Positions 39,707 to 48,692 of a DNA stretch of 64,000 nucleotides are shown here, in pieces. The stretch spans positions 1-64,000 of the IMG/VR virus record IMGVR_UViG_3300032167_007466. One strand, written 5' to 3'. Both the position numbers and the translations under genes were made by a program. The stretch comes from a virus (Duplodnaviria; Caudoviricetes). A model generated the notes under the pieces. That model saw only the letters and a list, made by a program, of their open reading frames with translations. It was not told where the DNA came from and searched no databases. Position 1 is the stretch's first letter; every line of letters starts with the position of its first letter.

Positions 39707-39773
39707 GCATACTCTAAGTGGGCATCCGAGAACGTTGCAGCTCTGCCCACTTTTAAAAGGAGAATGAGTATGC
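39707..39773. promoter_or_regulatory. nested hairpin leader upstream of the hydrolase-sigma operon
   Basis: GCATACTC/GAGTATGC enclosing AAGTGGGCA/TGCCCACTT. Confidence 0.5.
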
Positions 39774-40065
39774 AAAATAGCAACTACTTCTTTATCTTGA
39801 CCTTCAGGAAGTATAGACTGTGTAGGTGGGTGTTTCATATCAGCGCCCAAATTTGTTCAACTTTTGCATTGACTTTTAGACATAATATATGCTAAAATAC
39901 TAAATAAGGCAATTGCATATCCAAACAATATATATAGCCCAAATATCAAATCTTATTTTCCACAATTAAGACTATTATGTTTAGTACAAAATTCAAAACA
40001 ATAATGATATTTAAACTTATATATTGGGAGTTGATACATAGTATCAACTATTTAGTAGTTGTCTT

Positions 40066-40097
40066 AAGAACGACTGGTCGCAACAGTCGTTCTTTTT
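40066..40097. terminator. strong hairpin/terminator
   Basis: AAGAACGACTG-GTCGCAA-CAGTCGTTCTT-TTT. Confidence 0.65.
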
Positions 40098-40304
40098 ATG
40101 TACAAAACTCATCTGCTACCGCGCTGAATTTGCTCCAAGGTTTTCAACAATTCTTTTTGTTCTTCTTTTGACAATGATTTGAATTGTTCTAAAAATTCTA
40201 AAACCTTTGAATTCATATTTTCACCCTCTTTCTTAAATATGTTGAATTTTCGTCCTATCTATGATATAATTGATTTAAGAATATTATAGATAGGAGGTTT
40301 TACT

Positions 40305-40484
40305 ATGGCATTTTGTCCTTTCGTAAATGACGAGTGTAGAAATGACTGCGTATTCAACAACGGAACTTGCAAAATATTAAGAGTTTGTGATGACATCGAC
40401 AGAATACAGAGTCAAACAACTGATTGTTCTTATACATACAGCATTTACACCAAACTTGATGATATTATTGAAAAGTTGAAATAA
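40305..40484 (+). CDS. 59-aa Cys-rich protein with its own sigmaA promoter (not in ORF track)
   Basis: TTGAAT-N17-TATAAT (40242-40270), RBS AGGAGG, MAFCPFVNDECRNDCVFNNGTCKIL... Confidence 0.7.
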   Translation: MAFCPFVNDECRNDCVFNNGTCKILRVCDDIDRIQSQTTDCSYTYSIYTKLDDIIEKLK

Positions 40485-40709
40485 TAATCATAATGCTACA
40501 TTTTTTCAATAAGGGTTATAGCATGCAATAATTGCTCTATAACTCTTATTTTTTGTTCATAAGATTTATAGTCGTCTTTTGTCGCATCATTGTTTAATTC
40601 CTTAGTGATTTCGCTAATTACTTCCTTAACTTTTTTGATTTTTTCTTTCATAATTTTAATTTCCTTTCTTTTTGTGTTATAACGTTCTTAGATTATTAAT
40701 CCATCGACC

Positions 40710-41024
40710 CTATCTATCAATTTCCTTAATAGACGAGAAAGTCTCCCAAAGCATAGTAGGTTCTGGTGGTTCAGGTAACGGACTTTCTCTATGTGTTTCT
40801 CTTGTGTCTTTATCGACACATAATGGTGTAAAAAAAATAACGTCTAAACTCTCGCCTAACAATATAGCGATCTGTTGCCCCTCACTAAGAGTAAAATCAT
40901 CTTTGCCAATAATCTTATCTACAATTTCATTAAAAGATAACTTTAATGAATTAGCTAAAGTCTGAAATGAAATATTTCGTGTGTCCATAAGATAAATCAA
41001 ATCATAATACGTCGGATGTTTCAT
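40710..41024 (-). CDS. Cro-like HTH regulator
   Basis: XRE-like HTH (LA..L.LS.....KI.G..DFTL.E); divergent from cI. Confidence 0.8.
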   Translation of the reverse strand: MKHPTYYDLIYLMDTRNISFQTLANSLKLSFNEIVDKIIGKDDFTLSEGQQIAILLGESLDVIFFTPLCVDKDTRETHRESPLPEPPEPTMLWETFSSIKEIDR

Positions 41025-41183
41025 AATATTTCTCACCCCTTTCGTGTGTTGTATTCGACACATCTATAATACACCCTTTTTGTGTCGCTGTCAACACATA
41101 TTCTCAATTTGTAATCTTTTTATAACTGTACCGTAATCTTTATGTAATATTTTATGCATTTTTATTGTTGCATTCTCGACACA
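40803..41183. promoter_or_regulatory. operator set TGTGTYG-N4-CRACACA at the lysis/lysogeny switch
   Basis: Copies at 41045-41062, 41081-41098, 40803-40820, degenerate 41166-41183. Confidence 0.75.
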
Positions 41184-41216
41184 TTTATGATATAATACAA
41201 ATACGAGGTGATAAAA

Positions 41217-41639
41217 ATGAGTATTCTTGGTGAAAACTTAAAAATAGCAAGAAATAGTTTAGGATTAACTCAACAAGAAGTAGTTGATAAAATTAATAAA
41301 ACATTTAATAGCAACATACAAAGAGAGATGCTTAGTAAATGGGAAACTGGTTTCCAAGAACCAACAATATATTATCTTTCATGCCTAAGCCGATTTTATG
41401 AAATCTCGTCAGATGAATTGTTGGGTAATACTCCTAAAAAATCATTAGAAAGTCATCGCAAAATAATCGCAGCCGACACCGCTTCTTTGCCTTCCGCAAT
41501 TTTTCATATGGACGAAGCCGATAAAACTCAACATCATAAAAATATGATTGCTGAAAGAATTATAAACTCCAATTATTCAGACGAAGAGCTAAATAAGATT
41601 GAACAAATGTTAGATATTATCGTACCAATAAAAAAGTAG
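41217..41639 (+). CDS. CI-like XRE repressor
   Basis: LK.AR...GLTQ.E....SKWE.G..EP. Confidence 0.88.
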   Translation: MSILGENLKIARNSLGLTQQEVVDKINKTFNSNIQREMLSKWETGFQEPTIYYLSCLSRFYEISSDELLGNTPKKSLESHRKIIAADTASLPSAIFHMDEADKTQHHKNMIAERIINSNYSDEELNKIEQMLDIIVPIKK

Positions 41640-41665
41640 CCATATTACAGGCTACTTTTATTTTA

Positions 41666-43495
41666 TTATTCAGAAATATATTTTATAAAATATTTTTTTT
41701 GATTTTCTAAGGCACTTCTTTCTTGTCTACCCAACCACTTTCCGATTAATTTGTCATCAATTTCGCTTTTTGTCATAGTTGAATAATCTACACCATTATC
41801 ATCTATGTAATCCCTTGCATACTCTTCAGTTATAGACTTGAAACTATTATATATTTCCTCAAAAGAATCTTTGTTTTCATACATAAACGATAGCTTCTTA
41901 TGTATTTGTTCCTTGTTTGATTTGTCAAGTTTTCGACCTATAAAGTCAACCATATAATACGGAATGCAATATCTATCTTTCCTTCCTTGTTCTAATCCGC
42001 CAGATTTTAAATATATTAAGTATATCCAAATCATACTATCTATAGTCAGCATTTTATCTATATTTAAAGAAAAATCTTTAAAATATTTGGGCGAATTCTT
42101 TTTAACGGTCTTACTTCCATGCTTAAATGCAATATATCCGTTTTGGCAAAATGCAATAAGTGCCTTTAAAAGCTTGTCTAACGGAATAAAAAGGTCTTCT
42201 TTTTTCTCATATCCAACCCCTACAATTTGACGAATCTGCTTTGACCTTTCTATCAATTTAGAAAAATCATCATTATAATTTTTCCTAAAAGTATTCTCAT
42301 CACTTTTTTTAACAAGCAACAAAAAACCTTTATTTTCAAATTCTTTTTGCAAATTCAAAAAATAATTTTCTTGTGCAACAAAATCATCCATTTTAATAGG
42401 AGTTTGACTATTGGTATATTTAACTATGTTATTGTATAACTCTTCTTCATCATTCCTATCTAATTCATAAAATTTAACTAAAACAAATATTTTACTAAAA
42501 TCAGCCAACGCTTTTTTGCCAATTTCCTTTTCAAGTTCATTTATCACCATACATATAGAATTGGTTGTTTGGCATCCGTTAACAATTTTAGGATTATCAA
42601 CATCAATAAACGAGTCCCCTTTATCCCTATATACTTCTCCTATTTTATCGCATATAATAGTAATTCCATTGTTAAATAAGAAAAAATTATTACGTTGTTC
42701 AGCATTCTTTAAAGTGGCGACCATAGATTTGTTAACACTTCCAATTCGCCCTTTTACACCTAAAAAATCTCTAACATTTTTGTCAAACAAATCATATCCA
42801 ATACTATCTGCTGCATTTTTCATATTATAAATTTCACTAAGAGGAAGGGCAACATATTTTGAATCTATAATATTATCCTGTTTTTCACCAAGAGAAATAA
42901 CTTTATTTTTTGTTCCAACTTTTAATTTATGTGGAAAGTTAATTTTCTTTTCATTTCTTACTCCAAAATATAATTCATATATCCTGTCAAGTGGAATAAA
43001 TTCAGCTGCATATTCACACTGTACATCACAAATGAAATCATTAAAAATATTCTTTATATCTAAATATTCACCAATATTTGCAGTATATAGCTGAATGTAA
43101 ATTTTATATTCTTTGTCTTGGACTGCACAAGCAAATATATTTTTTAATTCATTTGATTTTTTATACGTTCCGTTCAACAATTGTGATTTTATAATACTTA
43201 AAAAGTCTATGGCATCATTTCTTCTCAATCCCGAAGGGTAATACTTATTTTGAATAATATATAACTCTTTTGTATCTTCATAATGAATATAACAATCTAT
43301 TCCGTTACCAGACTTCTCAACGATATGATCTGGAATACACTCCATATCTATATTGAACAGATGGTTTAATACCCAATAATTAAAAGCGTATTGCTCATCC
43401 TTAATATTTTCGTCTATGACACCCCAATCCTGTTGTATGTGTGTAATATCTTCTTTTATTTGCAACAAGAAATTCTTCACAACCAAACACTCCAA
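41666..43495 (-). CDS. AIPR (abortive infection phage resistance) family protein
   Basis: GIDC, NVRDFLG, FFLFNNGITII, IVNGCQT, TNSQ. Confidence 0.88.
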   Translation of the reverse strand: MECLVVKNFLLQIKEDITHIQQDWGVIDENIKDEQYAFNYWVLNHLFNIDMECIPDHIVEKSGNGIDCYIHYEDTKELYIIQNKYYPSGLRRNDAIDFLSIIKSQLLNGTYKKSNELKNIFACAVQDKEYKIYIQLYTANIGEYLDIKNIFNDFICDVQCEYAAEFIPLDRIYELYFGVRNEKKINFPHKLKVGTKNKVISLGEKQDNIIDSKYVALPLSEIYNMKNAADSIGYDLFDKNVRDFLGVKGRIGSVNKSMVATLKNAEQRNNFFLFNNGITIICDKIGEVYRDKGDSFIDVDNPKIVNGCQTTNSICMVINELEKEIGKKALADFSKIFVLVKFYELDRNDEEELYNNIVKYTNSQTPIKMDDFVAQENYFLNLQKEFENKGFLLLVKKSDENTFRKNYNDDFSKLIERSKQIRQIVGVGYEKKEDLFIPLDKLLKALIAFCQNGYIAFKHGSKTVKKNSPKYFKDFSLNIDKMLTIDSMIWIYLIYLKSGGLEQGRKDRYCIPYYMVDFIGRKLDKSNKEQIHKKLSFMYENKDSFEEIYNSFKSITEEYARDYIDDNGVDYSTMTKSEIDDKLIGKWLGRQERSALENQKKYFIKYISE

Positions 43496-43643
43496 TCAAC
43501 TTTTTCTACATTATACCACAATCACTCCTAAAAATCAACCTAAATATATCGAAATTTCGACATATTTATGACAAAAGAATACATCTGTTGATTTTTGTTA
43601 TAATAATGTATAATAACATTAAATAACAAAGGAGTTTTATATA

Positions 43644-43976
43644 ATGGAGGATATTTGCGTGACAGAACATATCAAGGAAATATGTAAGCAACGTGGGTGG
43701 AGCTACTATAAATTAGCAAAGGAATCAGGCATATCACATTCATCCTTGAATTATATGATGAAACATCAACACGTTCCAACAATAAATACCTTAATTAAGA
43801 TTTGTAATGGATTGGGAATAACGCTATCTCAATTTTTTATTAGTCTATCTAATGAAAAAACAGTGGGACAAGATGAAATTATTAAACTTTGGAATTTGCT
43901 TAATAATCAAGAAAAAGAATTAGTTCTTACTTATGTGTATGGATTACTTCACAAAATGCCACAACAAAAGGAGTAA
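43644..43976 (+). CDS. XRE-family regulator
   Basis: GWSYYKLAKESGI...PTINTLIKICNGLGITLSQFF. Confidence 0.9.
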   Translation: MEDICVTEHIKEICKQRGWSYYKLAKESGISHSSLNYMMKHQHVPTINTLIKICNGLGITLSQFFISLSNEKTVGQDEIIKLWNLLNNQEKELVLTYVYGLLHKMPQQKE

Positions 43977-43982
43977 TAAATT

Positions 43983-44795
43983 TTGAATTTTGAACAGTTA
44001 GAAAGAATTGCAGAAAGGCATATTACAAAAAACACGAATAAAATTCCTGCAAATGCTTTTGAGTTAGCACAAAAGTTAAATCTACGTGTTAAAAATAGCA
44101 TAGAATGTAAACAAGATTTTAAAGAACAATATCCACTATACAAGTGCAATGCTGCCTATACATTAGTAAATGGTGAATATACAATTTATCACGACGAGAA
44201 ATATGCTTATAAGAATTTTTCTGTCGCTCACGAAATAGCACACCACTTGTTAGAGCATTATTCAGACGGAATAAGAGAACACCATGATGCAAATTTACTT
44301 GCGGCTATTATCCTATTATCACCTGAAGGTATAAAAAAGAATAAAATAAAAAATGCCACCGAGTTATCAGAAAAATGTCTCATTCCTTATGATGTTGCTA
44401 TCGAATATTGGTCAAACATAAAAAATATTTCCAAACCACCTAAGAAACGCATAAAATACAGAGATGCAATTGACATAGCACTAATTGTTGCATTATTTGC
44501 AACGCTTTGTTTCATAGGATTTGCAAACAAAACTGAAGATAAACAAACTAATATTCAAAAACAAATAACCACAACCGCCGCCCCCGATGTTACATATACT
44601 CCTGTTCCAAAACTTTCCCCTGCCCCACAAATAGAAGCAACAAACACAACTACAGTATATGCAACTTCATCAGGCAAAAAATATCATATAGCCGGATGCA
44701 GATACATAAAGAATAAAACCAATATTACACCATTGACACCGGACGAAGCTGTAACTCGCAATTTACAGCCGTGTTCAATTTGTATTGGTCAGTAA
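43983..44795 (+). CDS. ImmA/IrrE metallopeptidase fused to TM and a C-terminal metal-binding domain
   Basis: F..AHEIAH..E..AN, TM helix, T/P-rich linker, SGKKYH..GC..PCSIC. Confidence 0.85.
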   Translation: MNFEQLERIAERHITKNTNKIPANAFELAQKLNLRVKNSIECKQDFKEQYPLYKCNAAYTLVNGEYTIYHDEKYAYKNFSVAHEIAHHLLEHYSDGIREHHDANLLAAIILLSPEGIKKNKIKNATELSEKCLIPYDVAIEYWSNIKNISKPPKKRIKYRDAIDIALIVALFATLCFIGFANKTEDKQTNIQKQITTTAAPDVTYTPVPKLSPAPQIEATNTTTVYATSSGKKYHIAGCRYIKNKTNITPLTPDEAVTRNLQPCSICIGQ

Positions 44796-45082
44796 ATCAT
44801 TCATCTGATTTGTTAAGTATTCGTTCTGCTTTAATACAACCGTCAGCATACCAATTATCATAGCCAAAATCGTCCATACAAGGCGAATCTTCGTTGCTGA
44901 CGGTAATTTTATTGCATTGTTTACTGTTTGTTTTACAGGGCGTTTCTGAGCCTGTGACAACTTTATTTATATTATCCATATTGTACATTTTACTTTCTCC
45001 ATGTTCTTTAAATAAGATTATATTATATATGTTAACAAAACTCAATATTAGTATAACATAATATTTTACAAATTTCAATAGC

Positions 45083-45107
45083 AAAAGACCGCCCAAATAG
45101 ACGGTCT
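45083..45107 (-). terminator. intrinsic terminator
   Basis: AGACCGTC-TATTT-GGGCGGTCT-TTT on the minus strand. Confidence 0.65.
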
Positions 45108-45119
45108 AACTTGTTAGCA

Positions 45120-45504
45120 CTCTCAAACAAATTTTCCATATTGCTCGCATTTTGCCAATACCTATGTTATACTCATTATGTGCCTTATGGCAAAGAAAGG
45201 AGTTGGTTTTTATGTCCGACTTTTTGAATTTGCCTTGTTCTTGTGGTAACGGCGATGCGTAAGGCAAGCAAAACTTACATAGCAGAACTCGTACTGCTGA
45301 AGTGAGCCGCATACCAAGATAACACGTAGTAGCATTGCGTTTAGGCGTTGGCATTGTGCTCGTGGCAACCGAAGTCTCGACAGAGTTGCCGTGGATTTTC
45401 CCTAAAGGAATTGTACCCGTGAAGGATTTATCAGTGCTCTTGCAATATGTACAAGTAAACAAATTTGAGAGAAAAAGAGTCTGTGATGCTACCATAGACT
45501 CTTT
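45120..45504. ncRNA. candidate ~350-nt structured RNA containing a 16-codon ORF
   Basis: GC-elevated; closing stems CTCTCAAA/TTTGAGAG and CATATTGC/GCAATATG; hairpin GGCAAC/GTTGCC; bidirectional terminator ~45473-45504. Confidence 0.5.
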
Positions 45505-45562
45505 TGTCTTTGTGCCTACATTATATTATTCTCCATTCGAAAAGAACAATATTAAAAAATCA

Positions 45563-46543
45563 TCACATCATTCTCAATAAATCCCCAACACCAAATGCAG
45601 CATTGACATAATTTCCAACAGTTGTTTCTATATCCTTATGCCCCAAATTCTGTGCCACAAACTGGATGTCTGCTCTTTTTGCCATAACAGTAGAATAATA
45701 ATGTCTTATCTGATGTGGAGTAATTCCATTGCCATAATTCTTAAAGATAGCAATAACTGTATCAGCCGAAATACTCGTGTTGTTTTTTGTTATAAATACA
45801 GCATTGATATTTTCCACTCCGTCAATTTCTTGTCTTATCTCAAGCCATTTTTCAAGAGCAGACAACGCTGTTCCTGTTATAAATACCTTTCGTTTATCAT
45901 CTTCTTCATAATAACCTTTACCAAGCACAGTAATATAAGGTATATCTTCCTCAAAATGAAGGTCTGATATTTCCAATCCCGCAAGCTCGCTCTCTCTTAT
46001 TCCTGAACCTAAAAGTGTTTGAAGCATAGCAATATTCCGCTCTCTCACTATTTTATCCTTTTTCCATTGTATGCGTTCAAACATTTCATCTATTTGTTTT
46101 TTATCAGGCAATTTAGCATAGATATTTTCAACATTATTTTTCTTGCCTTTATAACCACATGTTTTTACCGGATTCTTTTCCAGTTTACTATTTGGAGACT
46201 CAACTAAATTTGAAAAGAAGGATGACAATATATTTTTTCGTGTTGTTAAAGTTGTACGACTCATTCCTTCTGTTTGTCTCTGTTTTAAATATAGAAATAC
46301 ATCTGCCGGCTCCAGTGTGTTAAATGAATTTGGAGTTAGTTCAGAGATTCCTTTCTCCGTAATTAAAGCATTTTCCACAAGCCACAAAAGAAAATCCTTA
46401 ATGGCAATATAGTAATTTCTCGCACTAGCTTTACTATATAATTTATATAAGTACTTCCGTATAAATAATGGTGTTTTATCTTTGTCAAATTCTGCAAACA
46501 ATTTATCCTCATTGTGTCTTTGAACATTGTCTTTATAACACAT
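45563..46543 (-). CDS. tyrosine recombinase (XerC/D-like), catalytic residues intact
   Basis: GIRESEL (R), GKG (K), HQIRH (HxxR), LGH (H), GNY (Y); SAM-like N-terminal domain. Confidence 0.93.
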   Translation of the reverse strand: MCYKDNVQRHNEDKLFAEFDKDKTPLFIRKYLYKLYSKASARNYYIAIKDFLLWLVENALITEKGISELTPNSFNTLEPADVFLYLKQRQTEGMSRTTLTTRKNILSSFFSNLVESPNSKLEKNPVKTCGYKGKKNNVENIYAKLPDKKQIDEMFERIQWKKDKIVRERNIAMLQTLLGSGIRESELAGLEISDLHFEEDIPYITVLGKGYYEEDDKRKVFITGTALSALEKWLEIRQEIDGVENINAVFITKNNTSISADTVIAIFKNYGNGITPHQIRHYYSTVMAKRADIQFVAQNLGHKDIETTVGNYVNAAFGVGDLLRMM

Positions 46544-46608
46544 TTTAATCCTTCCTTTCTGTAATTTAAGTATAAAAAACAACAGCCAACCGAAATCGGC
46601 TGTTTAAA

Positions 46609-46637
46609 TTGACAAATATTTTCCGTTGTGATATAAT
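46609..46637 (+). promoter_or_regulatory. consensus sigmaA promoter
   Basis: TTGACA-N17-TATAAT. Confidence 0.85.
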
Positions 46638-46737
46638 ATTGAAGACAACAACTTCAATATATAAAATGATTCAGCAAAATAAATGCTTGACCCCGTAATG
46701 GTCGTAGGGGCATTTTATATATTTGGAGGTGATAGAC

Positions 46738-46827
46738 ATATCTAAGATTTTAATAATCTTGGGTGTATCAGCCGACATAGCCACTTTGGTTATGTTTACT
46801 GATTACATCCTTGCAAAAATCGGATAA
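46738..46827 (+). CDS. putative type I toxin peptide (29 aa, ATA start)
   Basis: GGAGG RBS; (M)SKILIILGVSADIATLVMFTDYILAKIG; terminator 46845-46872; 12-nt anti-RBS at 46878-46889. Confidence 0.6.
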   Translation: MSKILIILGVSADIATLVMFTDYILAKIG

Positions 46828-46931
46828 TGTCGCAGTTGTCTGATAAAAGCACTTGTGAAAGCAGGTGCTTTTGTTTTGTCTATCACCTCTGGTATATTAT
46901 TCTCCATAAATTTCAAGTTGAAACTATTATT

Positions 46932-47156
46932 CTATTGTGGTTTTATAACCTGAACATCTGCAATTTCATAGAAGAAAGCATCAAGCTCTCCTATATCGCC
47001 TATTAGGTCACATGAAATATGGGTTTCTGATATATCAGTAACCATACCAACATAGTTCTTTTCATCATTGTTTAATTTAATTTCAACTTTGTCACCTTGA
47101 ACAACTTGAACTCCGTTAGATAATACATAACAAAATCTTGCGTTTTCCATAAACAA
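46932..47156 (-). CDS. hypothetical SH3-like protein
   Basis: Bounded by dyad sites. Confidence 0.65.
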   Translation of the reverse strand: MFMENARFCYVLSNGVQVVQGDKVEIKLNNDEKNYVGMVTDISETHISCDLIGDIGELDAFFYEIADVQVIKPQ

Positions 47157-47184
47157 ACCTCTCTTTCACTTTTGAACAATCATT

Positions 47185-47643
47185 TCATTGATATAATATT
47201 CTTTCAATATCAGAGATTATTTCTTCCATTCCCATAATATAAGCATCCTCAAATTCTTGGTCTTCCCAGTGGTTAGTGGATTTTGACTTTTTAATCTCTT
47301 CTTTCCATTGTTTTAATTTATCTTCAATTTGATTGCAAATCCAAGTATCATTATTTACTCGCTTATAACCATCTTCGCCTGTTTCTTTCCAAAACTCGCC
47401 GTCGAGCCATTTCTTTGCTTCTACTAAATCCCCTGAATTAACATACATAGTTGATAATGCCGTGTCGATTATCTTTCTACATACTTCTCTTTCGCATCCG
47501 GGAGCGCAAGTCTTCGCTAAAACAACAGGCGCTTTCATTCCGTCATACACAATAGTCAGTTTATATTTGTCGCTCAATTCTCTATCGTTTTCGATAGTCA
47601 TACCCTCTTTTAATTCCTGTTTGAGAATATCTATCATTTTCAT
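47185..47643 (-). CDS. hypothetical protein
   Basis: Bounded by dyad sites. Confidence 0.7.
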   Translation of the reverse strand: MKMIDILKQELKEGMTIENDRELSDKYKLTIVYDGMKAPVVLAKTCAPGCEREVCRKIIDTALSTMYVNSGDLVEAKKWLDGEFWKETGEDGYKRVNNDTWICNQIEDKLKQWKEEIKKSKSTNHWEDQEFEDAYIMGMEEIISDIERILYQ

Positions 47644-47679
47644 ATTATCACATCCTTTTTAGGTGTTAAAACAGTAGTT

Positions 47680-47973
47680 CTATTGGCAATCTATAAAGTT
47701 TATATCGCAATCACAACCAATAAATTGACCTCCACAAACAGGGCATCTTTCTACATCACAACCATAATGATGATAATGCCCTTTTAATACGTTACAATCA
47801 TGGCATCTTTCCCCTGTATCAAAATCATCTTCTCCGTATAGGATTCTTTTATAAATTTTTCCATTACATTCAATTTCTGAACAGCTACATCCGTCACTTT
47901 TTAACATGCGCTGACCGCAAATTTCACATTTAGCTCCGCCTTCAGCAATAATTTCTTCTATGGTTTTATTCAT
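47680..47973 (-). CDS. Cys/His-rich zinc-binding protein
   Basis: [24 protein letters not shown]; bounded by dyad sites. Confidence 0.75.
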   Translation of the reverse strand: MNKTIEEIIAEGGAKCEICGQRMLKSDGCSCSEIECNGKIYKRILYGEDDFDTGERCHDCNVLKGHYHHYGCDVERCPVCGGQFIGCDCDINFIDCQ

Positions 47974-48009
47974 TGTATTCCCTCCTAAATTCTATATAAA
48001 ATACACGAT

Positions 48010-48204
48010 TTATTTATTCTTATCGTAATATCCGTTACCGTATCTTCTTCTGATTTCGGACTGTGAAACACCGTTACAGATGTCTCTTGTCATTTTTGAA
48101 TTGTCAACATCCAGAGGATTTTTATTTTCCACTTTCTGATTAGTTGAATAACTGCAACATGCCCAAATAACCGCTATGATAATAATTCCAATTAAAGTTC
48201 CCAT
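48010..48204 (-). CDS. small membrane-anchored protein
   Basis: N-terminal TM; C-terminal RRR..G.YD. Confidence 0.65.
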   Translation of the reverse strand: MGTLIGIIIIAVIWACCSYSTNQKVENKNPLDVDNSKMTRDICNGVSQSEIRRRYGNGYYDKNK

Positions 48205-48219
48205 AACTCATATTCTCCT

Positions 48220-48459
48220 TTACTTTTTACTTATATCAACATTTTCGCCATCATAATATCCTAATGCTCTTCTTCTATCTCTTTCCTCTCTCGGAACAGT
48301 ATCTAAATCAGCCATCATTCTCTCAAAACCAATATCCTTTTTGGTCTTTTGGGTAAAATACTTTTCCGCTTGAGGCGAACTGTATTTTACATGATTTCTG
48401 TCATAACCTTCCTTTGCCCAAGATCCTAACCCTGCCAATATTCCAAACCATCCAAACAT
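48220..48459 (-). CDS. small protein paralogous in C-terminus to 48010-48204
   Basis: M..D...V...E..RR...GYYD shared. Confidence 0.65.
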   Translation of the reverse strand: MFGWFGILAGLGSWAKEGYDRNHVKYSSPQAEKYFTQKTKKDIGFERMMADLDTVPREERDRRRALGYYDGENVDISKK

Positions 48460-48500
48460 GATTTATTCCTCCTAAATTCTTTTCCTATATTATACCACAA

Positions 48501-48692
48501 TTAACATCCTCTTGCAATGCTTTTGTAGTAAATTTGTGCCACTTGCTGCCGTGATTTTCCAATGATATTTCCAATCTCAGCAAAAGACTTTTTCTCCGCT
48601 TTGAGTTGCTTAACTTTATCTACCGTTCCATCTACTACAAGTTTACTTCTGTACTGATGTGGTCTTTTATATCTATGTTCATATTCGTTCAA
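48501..48692 (-). CDS. small HTH protein
   Basis: KSFAEIGNIIGKSRQQVAQI. Confidence 0.7.
   Translation of the reverse strand: MNEYEHRYKRPHQYRSKLVVDGTVDKVKQLKAEKKSFAEIGNIIGKSRQQVAQIYYKSIARGC

Noticed and set aside
45106-45495. 129-aa minus-strand ORF
   Set aside because: Starts inside a terminator hairpin, has no clear RBS and atypical composition; a structured RNA explains the region better, though coding is not excluded
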